From: Archaeoglobaceae archaeon
GTDB lineage: Archaea > Halobacteriota > Archaeoglobi > Archaeoglobales > Archaeoglobaceae
Assembly: GCA_046290005.1 (NCBI GenBank)
Contig: JBKBUO010000002.1
Location: forward strand, 1 to 43,338
Length of the DNA stretch: 43,338 bases
Reading direction: 5' to 3'
Each line of letters opens with the position of its first letter. The stretch's first letter is position 1. A program made the translations under genes and the position numbers. The notes below the pieces were generated by a model, which searched no databases, had not been told where the DNA came from, and saw only the letters and a program-made list of their open reading frames with translations. Positions 26,595-34,891 of the stretch are shown in pieces.

Positions 26595-27730
26595 GGGTTG
26601 CACTCGTAGGCTACTCGAGTTTACCCATGTCAAAAGACATGGAAATGACAAGAGAAGAGAGTGTATTTCTCTCCACAAAAATGGCTTTGAAGAGTTGCAA
26701 TCTCACGAGAAGTGAGATAGACACAGTTGTTAGTGCATCTTCGGATTTCTTCGACGGTAGAACAATATCGAGCTGTATGCTAATCGGCGCTTTGGGGGCG
26801 TATCTAAAGGACGAGAGCAAGAGCGAAGAAGATGGATTGATGGCAGTTATCTACGCAATGCAGAGAATTCTCTCAGGAACCCATCAAATCGCTCTCGTTA
26901 CAGCCCATACCCACAGCTCCATCTTTAATCCGCACCAAATCAGCCGTTACATGCTTGAGCCCCTCTGTGATAGACAAAACGAACTTCTCAACGACATCGT
27001 TCTTTCAGCGTTGCAGGCAAGAGCGTATATGCGCAAGTATGATGTGATCGAGGAAGACATCGCATACGTTGCATACAAGAATCTAAGAAATGCATCTAAA
27101 AATCCCGTTTCAGTTGTGAGAACACCAGATATTAGCATTGAAGAAATCTTAGCCTCGAAGGTATACGCAGAACCCATCAGGGAGCTTATGATCGCCCCTA
27201 ATTGTGACGGTGTCGCCTCCGTGGTCTTGGCATCGGAAAAAGTTGCATATGAGATAACAGACAACCCAATTTGGATCGAAGGTTTCGGTGTTTCTGTCGG
27301 CAACTACTTTAGAGACTGCGATTTGTCCAAGCTGGAATCTCTGCAAAGAGCTGCGAAGAGAGCTTACGAAATGGCTGAAATTTCTGATCCATACAACGAC
27401 ATCGACTTCGCCGAAGTTACGGAGAGATTTTCTCATCAGGAGTTGATGATATATGAGGCGATCGGGATTGCGAGGGAAGGAAAAGGAAGGAGTTTGCTGG
27501 ATAACGGTGTCACTTGGAGTGATGGGGATTTCCCAGTGAACACAAGCGGTGGTGCGTTAGGCGGAGATGCGATGTGCGCAACTGGACTTTATCGACTCGT
27601 TGAAGCTGTTAAGCAGATAAGGGGAGAAGCTGAAAATCAGATTTCTGGAGTTAAAAGAGCCTTAGTGCACTCGCAGTGGGGTCTTGTTGCTCAGAAAAAT
27701 GCCATTCTTATAGTAGGTGGTGAAGTATGA
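26591..27730 (+). CDS. Thiolase-fold protein, subunit type A-prime, without the canonical catalytic Cys/His
   Basis: MRVALVGYSS, CDGVASVVLASE, VNTSGGALGGDAMCATG. The nucleophile loop reads KSEEDGLMAVIYAMQRILSG. ATGA overlaps occur at both ends. Confidence 0.75.
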   Translation: MRVALVGYSSLPMSKDMEMTREESVFLSTKMALKSCNLTRSEIDTVVSASSDFFDGRTISSCMLIGALGAYLKDESKSEEDGLMAVIYAMQRILSGTHQIALVTAHTHSSIFNPHQISRYMLEPLCDRQNELLNDIVLSALQARAYMRKYDVIEEDIAYVAYKNLRNASKNPVSVVRTPDISIEEILASKVYAEPIRELMIAPNCDGVASVVLASEKVAYEITDNPIWIEGFGVSVGNYFRDCDLSKLESLQRAAKRAYEMAEISDPYNDIDFAEVTERFSHQELMIYEAIGIAREGKGRSLLDNGVTWSDGDFPVNTSGGALGGDAMCATGLYRLVEAVKQIRGEAENQISGVKRALVHSQWGLVAQKNAILIVGGEV

Positions 27731-28968
27731 GGAGGGTTGCAATAATTGGTTGTGGACAAACGAAGCATGGAAGGAGAACCGATGTCAATCAAGCTGAAAT
27801 GGTCAGTGAAGCGGTTTGGAATGCAATCGATGACGCTGGAATTGGGATCGACGATATCGAAGCTTTTGCAGTCGGAAACATGCAAGGATTTGGTGGAATA
27901 GCGCATCCGGATCTGATATTTTCTGAATACATCGGAGCGGTTGGCAAACCAATGCAAAGGGTTGCGACTGGTGGAACAGTTGGAGGTGCTGTGGCGCATC
28001 TTGGATACTACATGGTTGCTTCGGGTATGTATGACGTCGTTCTTGCAACCGCTTGGGAGAAGCACAGCGATAGCGCTGAACCCGGTGCAACGACTGGTTT
28101 GCTACACGTTGCGTTCGCAAATTTGAGCTACATGTTTAAGCTCGGAATGGACATGCGTTCTTTTGCGATCATGGGATTAGCGGGGGCTGCTGCGGGAATT
28201 TCTGCTTATCAAGCTGCGCAGTATTTGTTCCGCTCCGGTTGTAAAATAGACCATTATGACATGGTTGCCGCAAAGGCAAGAAGGAATGCTGCAAAGAACA
28301 AATACGCTCACTTGCGTTGGCCCAATTGCAAACCAGAAGATATTGCAAAAACTGAAATGCTAATTTGGCCAATGAGATTTGGTCACATATGTCCAGCGAG
28401 CGACGGTGCGTCGGCAGTGATCTTTGCAAGTGAAGATGTTGTTAAAAAACTTGGAATAAAAGAGGTTGCATGGATATTAAGCGTTGCAGCTTTTGCAGAT
28501 GAGGAGAACGACCAAGGGGAATCTTATCAGGGCACGGGTGTTCTTGATTACAGCGAGCAAATTGGTTGTGTTTTATCAGCAAAGAAGGCATACGAAAGGG
28601 CAGGAATAGAAAATCCAAGAAAAGAAGTAGACATGGCTGAAATCTACTCTGCATTTCCCCATCAAGAGCTGATGTTTAGTGAAAGGCTTGGGTTCTTTGA
28701 TGAAGGCACCGCCTGGAAAGCTCTCGAAGAAGGCGTGACTGAAATAGATGGTGACTTCCCAATTACGCCTTCTGGAGGTGTTCTCGCGACGAATGCAATT
28801 GGTAGCTCAGGGTTGCAGAGAGTCTTAGAATGCGCTTTGCAAATAATGAACAAAGCTGAGGAGCATCAAGTGCCAAAAGACGTTCGAATCGCAGTTGCCC
28901 ATGCATGGGGCGGGCAGACGCAGTTCAACACGGTAACGGTTCTTTCAGATAAACCGAAGAGGTGGTGA
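27727..28968 (+). CDS. Thiolase-fold protein, subunit type B-prime, without the canonical catalytic Cys/His
   Basis: MRRVAIIGCGQTKHG, CPASDGASAVIFASED, TPSGGVLATNAIGSSG. The nucleophile loop reads VATGGTVGGAVAHLGYYMVASG. Confidence 0.8.
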   Translation: MRRVAIIGCGQTKHGRRTDVNQAEMVSEAVWNAIDDAGIGIDDIEAFAVGNMQGFGGIAHPDLIFSEYIGAVGKPMQRVATGGTVGGAVAHLGYYMVASGMYDVVLATAWEKHSDSAEPGATTGLLHVAFANLSYMFKLGMDMRSFAIMGLAGAAAGISAYQAAQYLFRSGCKIDHYDMVAAKARRNAAKNKYAHLRWPNCKPEDIAKTEMLIWPMRFGHICPASDGASAVIFASEDVVKKLGIKEVAWILSVAAFADEENDQGESYQGTGVLDYSEQIGCVLSAKKAYERAGIENPRKEVDMAEIYSAFPHQELMFSERLGFFDEGTAWKALEEGVTEIDGDFPITPSGGVLATNAIGSSGLQRVLECALQIMNKAEEHQVPKDVRIAVAHAWGGQTQFNTVTVLSDKPKRW

Positions 28969-29474
28969 AAGTGATCAAGGAAAAATTTAAGGAGACGTCA
29001 AGAGTCTTTGGAGATTGGAACGTCGGAGCTTACAAATGGAAAGCTCCGAAAGGATATTTAGACGAATATGTCGCAATGCTGGGGAGGAAAAAGATACTTG
29101 GATCTCTTTGCAAGGGATGTGGAAGAGTTTACGTTCCGCCAAGAGAGTTCTGCGGTCGTTGCTTTGAAAAAATTGAAGAAAAGGTGATCGTAAGCAACTA
29201 TGGAAGGTTGCTTGCTTTTCTCGTCTCTCCACCTCTGCAAAAAGGAAAGATAATGATAGCTGGGATGGACGTTGTTGCAATGGGAATCTTAAAAGAAGGT
29301 GAAACGATAATCCTTGGTATAGTGCAGTTCGAGGGCTCATCTTCGAAAATGGTTATACCAGTTCTAAATACAAAGCCTGAGAACCTCCGTGTGGGAATGA
29401 GGGTAAAGGCGGTTTTTGCTGAAGAAACGAAGGGTCAGCTCTCGGATCTACTTGGGGTTGAGCCTGCAGATTAA
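28965..29474 (+). CDS. DUF35 protein (zinc ribbon plus OB fold)
   Basis: A CKGCGRVYVPPREFCGRC ribbon. The GTG start overlaps the upstream TGA (GTGA at 28965-28968). Confidence 0.8.
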   Translation: MKVIKEKFKETSRVFGDWNVGAYKWKAPKGYLDEYVAMLGRKKILGSLCKGCGRVYVPPREFCGRCFEKIEEKVIVSNYGRLLAFLVSPPLQKGKIMIAGMDVVAMGILKEGETIILGIVQFEGSSSKMVIPVLNTKPENLRVGMRVKAVFAEETKGQLSDLLGVEPAD

Positions 29475-29512
29475 ATTTATTTTTATATTAAAATTTTTAA
29501 ATTAAAAGCACA

Positions 29513-29565
29513 TTTGCTTATAATTGCTGATAAAATACATTATAATGCTCAAACAATATACTTTC
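29513..29565 (+). promoter_or_regulatory. Promoter cassette P4 with three TGCT-type boxes
   Basis: tgcttat at 29515-29521, tgctgat at 29525-29531 and tgctcaa at 29546-29552, spaced 10 and 21 nt apart, within AT-rich TATA-like sequence upstream of ATG 29566. Confidence 0.4.
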
Positions 29566-31179
29566 ATGAAGCTGAGGTATGAGTTGCTGATTAAAAAGGC
29601 ACTCTATTTTCCACTCTACAGCTACCCAGAGAAGGAGATAGTGTGGAGAGACGGAAAATACAGCTACAGAGTGTTCTACGATAGGTTACAGCGGTTTGCA
29701 AGTGGTTTGGAAGGCTTGGGGATCAAGGATGCAAAGATAGCCTTCTTTGACTGGAATACACATCATTACCTCGAGGGCATGTTCGCAATTCCCATGATGG
29801 GCTCAATTTTGCACTTTGTAAACATCCGCCTCTCTCCGCAGGAGATCGTATACACTGCTAACTACGTAAAAGACGATTATGTAATCTTTGGCAAAGACTT
29901 TCTCCCGCTGTTGGAGAGGATTGCTCCGCATATTCCAAGTGTGAAGGGCTGGATAGCGACTGAAGAAGTTGAAACTTTGCTTAAGCCACTCTACTACTAC
30001 GAGGACATAGTCAAAAGCGGATCCAAATACGAATTCCCAGAATTCGATGAGAACAAAACTGCATGTGTGTATTTCACATCTGGCACCACTGGATTACCAA
30101 AAGCGGTTCACTTCTCGCATCGTGGGATCATCTTGCAGTGTATAATCAACGGTCTCTCACTCTCGATAAATCACTCTCCTACAAGACTTTCAAGCGATGA
30201 CGTTGTCATGCACATCCCCCCGTTCTTCCACGGTATGGGTTGGACTTTCCCATATCTGGCGACTATGTTTGGAATGAAACAAGTTCTACCCGGGCGATAT
30301 GAGCCGAAGACGATGCTCGAGCTGATAAAGAGGGAGGAGGTAACTTTCGCTGCTGGTGTGCCCGTGTTTTTGAGGATGCTGATAGACTCGCCAGAAAGCA
30401 GGGACTACGCTGAGGTTCTGAGGGGTCTAAAATTTGTTTGCGATGGAGAACATCCGCCAAGGGTTCTGTTTGAGAGAGCGAAGCAGTTTGGAATTGAGAT
30501 GATCGAGGCTTTCGGAATGTCTGAAGGAGTTGGCTTCACATTCGCTGTTCTAAAAGACCACATGCTCGAATGGAGCTGGGAAAAACAACTCGAGTTCTTG
30601 AACAAAGCAGGCTTGCCAGCGCCACTCGTTGAAGTGAGAATATTGGACTTCGAGGGCAAAGAAGTGCCAAGAGACGGGAAAACGATGGGAGAAATACTGA
30701 TCCGAAGCCCCGGTCTAACTGAAGGATATTGGATGAACCCCGAGAAAACAAAGGAGTCATGGACTGAAGATGGTTGGTTCAAAACGGGTGATCTCGGAGT
30801 CTGGGATGAGGAAGGATACATAATGATCCTTGATAGAGCTAAAGACGTGATAAAGAGCGGTGGCGAATGGATAAGCTCTGTAAGACTTGAGGGGCTAATA
30901 CTTACGCACCCTGCAGTGAACGAGTGCGCAGTTATTGCGGCGAGAAGCGAGAGGTGGGGTGAACGTCCAGTTGCGGTAGTAACGCTAAAACCAGGTAAAA
31001 CAGCAAGTGAAGAGGAGATAAAAAGCTTTCTTGTTGAGAAATACGTTGAAACAGGAACGATTCCGAAGTGGTGGATTCCTGATAGGATATTCGTCGTGAA
31101 CGAGATCCCGAAGACGAGCGTAGGGAAGATAAACAAGAGGAGCATAAGAGAGGTATACAAAGACTTGGTTTTACAATGA
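29566..31179 (+). CDS. Medium/long-chain AMP-forming acyl-CoA ligase
   Basis: VYFTSGTTGLPKAV, WFKTGDLG, and PKTSVGKINKR at the C-terminus. The track start at 29524 (TTG) lies in the promoter. Confidence 0.85.
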   Translation: MKLRYELLIKKALYFPLYSYPEKEIVWRDGKYSYRVFYDRLQRFASGLEGLGIKDAKIAFFDWNTHHYLEGMFAIPMMGSILHFVNIRLSPQEIVYTANYVKDDYVIFGKDFLPLLERIAPHIPSVKGWIATEEVETLLKPLYYYEDIVKSGSKYEFPEFDENKTACVYFTSGTTGLPKAVHFSHRGIILQCIINGLSLSINHSPTRLSSDDVVMHIPPFFHGMGWTFPYLATMFGMKQVLPGRYEPKTMLELIKREEVTFAAGVPVFLRMLIDSPESRDYAEVLRGLKFVCDGEHPPRVLFERAKQFGIEMIEAFGMSEGVGFTFAVLKDHMLEWSWEKQLEFLNKAGLPAPLVEVRILDFEGKEVPRDGKTMGEILIRSPGLTEGYWMNPEKTKESWTEDGWFKTGDLGVWDEEGYIMILDRAKDVIKSGGEWISSVRLEGLILTHPAVNECAVIAARSERWGERPVAVVTLKPGKTASEEEIKSFLVEKYVETGTIPKWWIPDRIFVVNEIPKTSVGKINKRSIREVYKDLVLQ

Positions 31180-31241
31180 TCATTTTTAATATTTTTGCCT
31201 AAGATCAGAGGAAGATGAATCAAAAATTAAGGGGATTAAAA

Positions 31242-33164
31242 TCACTTTCCCGTCCAAGAGGGACGTCTTCTTTGCACAAAAGCCCTCATCCCCTCTGCAA
31301 AGTCCTCTGTTGGAATTAGCTCGGTAATCTCGTGTAATCCCTTTTCGACGACGAATTTGAAAACGTCTCTATAAGCCCTTGCAGTCTCCTTTATTGCCTT
31401 CGCAGAAAGTGGGGCGAGCCTTGTTATCTTGTTGACGAACTCGACTCCAGTTATCTCAAGCTGGTCTTTTGAAACGACTAAATCGACGATTCCAAGTGTC
31501 TTGGCTTCTTCTGCATCCATCTGATCCCCCGTGAGACAGTATCTCATCATCCTTCTTCCAATCACCGCAACACCGAGAGATGAAGCTATCGGCGGAATCG
31601 CCCCTATGAGACCTTCTGGCACTGAAAAAGTTGCCTCTTCACTTGCTATCACGATGTCGAAGGCTAAGTTGAGCTCCAATCCACCACCAAAGGCTATTCC
31701 GTTTACAAGGGAAATTATCGGTTTCTTGTAGTTTGCAATCGTATTCAACAATGGCATTGCGACGTCTACAAAGAAATTTTTTCCATCCAAAAAGCTCTTC
31801 CAAGAGCCCATGACCGCGATGTCGTCTCCAGCGCAGAAAGCTCTCCCTTTCCCAGTTATAACCACTGCCCTCACATCTGGGTCTTTCTCAGCCTGTATGA
31901 AAGCTTCGTTCAATCCTCTCCACATCTCTTCGTTGAGAGCATTCAGCTTTTCTGGACGGTTCATCGTGATCATCGCATAATTGTCTCTTTTCTCATAGAT
32001 CACAGGGCCAAATTCTCTCTTCTCGTATTTCCACTTGTAGAATCCCTCACCGGTTTTCTTTCCAAGCTTTCCTTCAGAGACCATACTCAAGAGCAAAGGA
32101 TCGACGTTTTTACCTTCGAGGATCTTCACCACGTTGTCTATGCCAAAATCATCTGCCATCTCGAGCAATCCCTTTGGATAAGCCATCCCAAAGACCATTG
32201 CCTTGTCTATGCCCTCTTTGCTTGCAACACCATTTCTGAGAAGCCAAGCTGCCTCGTTTATTCCGGAAGCCAACAGCTTTATAGGGTTTAGTTTATAGGC
32301 AGACCTCGGGGATATCTTTACCCTGCTGTAGAATCCTTCGTATTCGTAAAAGCCTTTCCCTGTTTTCATTCCCAATCTTTTCTCTTCAACCATCTTTTTT
32401 AGGATCTCCGGGACTTCTAAATCCATCCCCCTTTTCTTGAGCTCGTTTATGACGTTGTATAGGACATCAACCCCACTGAAATCTGCGACTTCAAAGATCC
32501 CCATTGGCATTCCGATCCTATACCTTACGACGGCATCGATCTCTTCCGCTTTGTGCTCTTCCAATAACCTTAGAGCTTCGCCGAAAACCCTGGCGTTTAT
32601 CCTGTTCACAACAAATCCCGGTACGTCTTTTTCAACAACGATGTAGTCCATCCCTATCGATTTTGCGAATTCAACTGTCTTTTTCAGTGTTTCTTCGCTT
32701 GTTTTTTCACCTTTTACAATTTCCACGAATTTTATTATAACTGGTGGATTGAAAAAGTGAAGACCAACGACTTTATCCGCCCTATTTGTGGCAGACGCTA
32801 TATCGGAGATCGGAATCGTTGACGTGTTCGTCGAGAGTATGACTTCTGGTCTGCAATTCTCATCAATCGTTTTGAAAACCTCCTTTTTAACCTCGGTTCT
32901 CTCAACAACGGCTTCGATTACAAAGTCTGCATTTTTTGACGCATCGACTAAATCTGTGGTTATTCTTATTCTTTGCAGGATATCTATTGCACTCCTCACT
33001 TCTCTTTTTTCTTCAAGCTTTTTAAGGCTCCAACCGATCTTCATCTTAGCAGATTCAAGCAGTTCTTCTGACACATCGACTAAATCCACGTTGTAGCCAG
33101 CGGTTGCGCAGACCGTTGCGATTCCGTGCCCCATCGTTCCCGCACCAACGACTAATACCCTCAT
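31242..33164 (-). CDS. Fused 3-hydroxyacyl-CoA dehydrogenase (N-terminal) / enoyl-CoA hydratase (C-terminal)
   Basis: N-terminal VLVVGAGTMGHGIA NAD-binding fold and a C-terminal crotonase region with GKGRAFCAGDDIA. The domain order is the reverse of bacterial FadB, as known for archaeal fusions. Confidence 0.9.
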   Translation of the reverse strand: MRVLVVGAGTMGHGIATVCATAGYNVDLVDVSEELLESAKMKIGWSLKKLEEKREVRSAIDILQRIRITTDLVDASKNADFVIEAVVERTEVKKEVFKTIDENCRPEVILSTNTSTIPISDIASATNRADKVVGLHFFNPPVIIKFVEIVKGEKTSEETLKKTVEFAKSIGMDYIVVEKDVPGFVVNRINARVFGEALRLLEEHKAEEIDAVVRYRIGMPMGIFEVADFSGVDVLYNVINELKKRGMDLEVPEILKKMVEEKRLGMKTGKGFYEYEGFYSRVKISPRSAYKLNPIKLLASGINEAAWLLRNGVASKEGIDKAMVFGMAYPKGLLEMADDFGIDNVVKILEGKNVDPLLLSMVSEGKLGKKTGEGFYKWKYEKREFGPVIYEKRDNYAMITMNRPEKLNALNEEMWRGLNEAFIQAEKDPDVRAVVITGKGRAFCAGDDIAVMGSWKSFLDGKNFFVDVAMPLLNTIANYKKPIISLVNGIAFGGGLELNLAFDIVIASEEATFSVPEGLIGAIPPIASSLGVAVIGRRMMRYCLTGDQMDAEEAKTLGIVDLVVSKDQLEITGVEFVNKITRLAPLSAKAIKETARAYRDVFKFVVEKGLHEITELIPTEDFAEGMRAFVQRRRPSWTGK

Positions 33165-33170
33165 TTTATA

Positions 33171-34868
33171 TCACCCAACTTGCTCTCTTTCTCCCCTCTT
33201 TATCTTTTCTATTTCTCTTTCTCTTAGAACCCTTCTCAAGAGTTTGCCCGAAGGTGTTCTCGGCAATGAGTCAACGAATTCGACTTCCCTTATCCTCTTA
33301 TACCCCGAAATCCTCTCTTTGACCCACTCTAAGATTTCTTTTTCGCTCACTTTCTTTGAGTATTCCGGTTTTAGAACGATGAACGCCTTCGGTATCTCTC
33401 CCGCTTCGGGATCGGGTTTGCCTATAACTGCAACGTCTTGGACAGCTTCGTGCCTCATGATGAGGGCTTCAAGCTCGAAGGGTGCTATGGTGTAGCCTTT
33501 GTACTTTATTACCTCCTTGATTCTGTCCTGAAATATCAGAAATCCCTCCTCGTCTATGTAGCCTATATCGCCTGTTCTAAAGAACTTTTTACCCGTCTTT
33601 TGGTCAATCCACCAAGCTTTGGCATCTTCTTCAGGTCTCTTCCAGTAACCCTTGAAAATGTTCGGTCCAGAAATCACGATTTCTCCGCTCTTGTTGATGT
33701 CTTCGATCTCCCTCCCAGTTTCGATGTCCACTATTTTTAACTCTACGTCTGGTAAAGGAATCCCTTGTCTCTCTGTCCTGTCAAGCCTTATTGGTGGATT
33801 GCTTGTGCACATTGGGCTTGCTTCAGTCATCCCCCAAACTTGGTTGTGGAGCAAATTGGGATTGTTGCACTTCTCTGCGGCAACTTTCTTCATTCTATCT
33901 ATCAGCGCTCTAGCCACAGGCCAAGCTCCAGTGGCGAAGCACTTGAGAAATCTCCAATCGTATCTCCTCGTTTCTTCGCCTTCAAGATAACTTATCAGCA
34001 ACGCATATGCAGGTGGCACAGCCCAAGAAATCGTTGCCTGATAATTCTCTATGTTCTCTGCAAGCAATTGTGGATTGAACATGCCCATTATTATGTATGT
34101 CCCACCCACACCAAGCAAGATGTTGAAGAAGCCAAACTCCGCCATGTGGAACATGGGCATACTCCCAACGTGGGTATCCATGTGGCTAATCCCAAAAGCG
34201 GTGGCTAATTGAATGGCGTTTGAAACCAAGTTGTAATGTGTGAGCATCACACCCTTTGGTGGTCCAGTGGTTCCACCAGTGTAGCAGATGGTCGCTATGT
34301 CATTCAAGGGATCTATGTCGATCGCCACGGGTTTTGCTTCTCCTTCCTCAACAAGCTTACCAAGTCTATAAGCACTCTCAACATCTCCGCCCACAACGAT
34401 GACTTTTTCAACTTGCACTTTGTCTTTAACGTTCTGGAAAACCTGGTAGAAATTGCTGTGAATCACGAGAGTTGAAACTTCTGCGTCGTTCAGAACGAAC
34501 TCGAGCTCATACTCCCTATACATCCAGTTGATTGGAACTTGGATCGCTCCAAGCTTCCAATTGGCATAGGTGACCACAACGTAATCGGGTGAGTTTGGAA
34601 GCATCACTCCGACTTTGCTACCTTCTGAAATCCCAAGCAGGTGAAAAGAATTTGCGAGTCTGTTCGTCAATTCACCCAGCATTTTGAAGGTAATGATGTC
34701 GGGCAAGTCATAGGGAAACCTTGGTTCAGCGTAGATGATGGCGATTTTATCACCATACTTCTTGACCGCGTTCTCCAAATATTCCCCGAGGGAGATCTTG
34801 GGGTAGTAAAGCGAGGGGAAGCCGATTCTATAGGAGAGCCTACTAATGTCTACCATATCGCATCCCAC
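33171..34868 (-). CDS. AMP-forming acyl-CoA synthetase
   Basis: ICYTGGTTGPPKGV, FFRTGDIG, PRTPSGKLLRR. The start is GTG 34868, or alternatively ATG 34856. Confidence 0.85.
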   Translation of the reverse strand: MGCDMVDISRLSYRIGFPSLYYPKISLGEYLENAVKKYGDKIAIIYAEPRFPYDLPDIITFKMLGELTNRLANSFHLLGISEGSKVGVMLPNSPDYVVVTYANWKLGAIQVPINWMYREYELEFVLNDAEVSTLVIHSNFYQVFQNVKDKVQVEKVIVVGGDVESAYRLGKLVEEGEAKPVAIDIDPLNDIATICYTGGTTGPPKGVMLTHYNLVSNAIQLATAFGISHMDTHVGSMPMFHMAEFGFFNILLGVGGTYIIMGMFNPQLLAENIENYQATISWAVPPAYALLISYLEGEETRRYDWRFLKCFATGAWPVARALIDRMKKVAAEKCNNPNLLHNQVWGMTEASPMCTSNPPIRLDRTERQGIPLPDVELKIVDIETGREIEDINKSGEIVISGPNIFKGYWKRPEEDAKAWWIDQKTGKKFFRTGDIGYIDEEGFLIFQDRIKEVIKYKGYTIAPFELEALIMRHEAVQDVAVIGKPDPEAGEIPKAFIVLKPEYSKKVSEKEILEWVKERISGYKRIREVEFVDSLPRTPSGKLLRRVLREREIEKIKRGEREQVG

Positions 34869-34891
34869 AGTTTTTTCATCTTCCTAATCTC

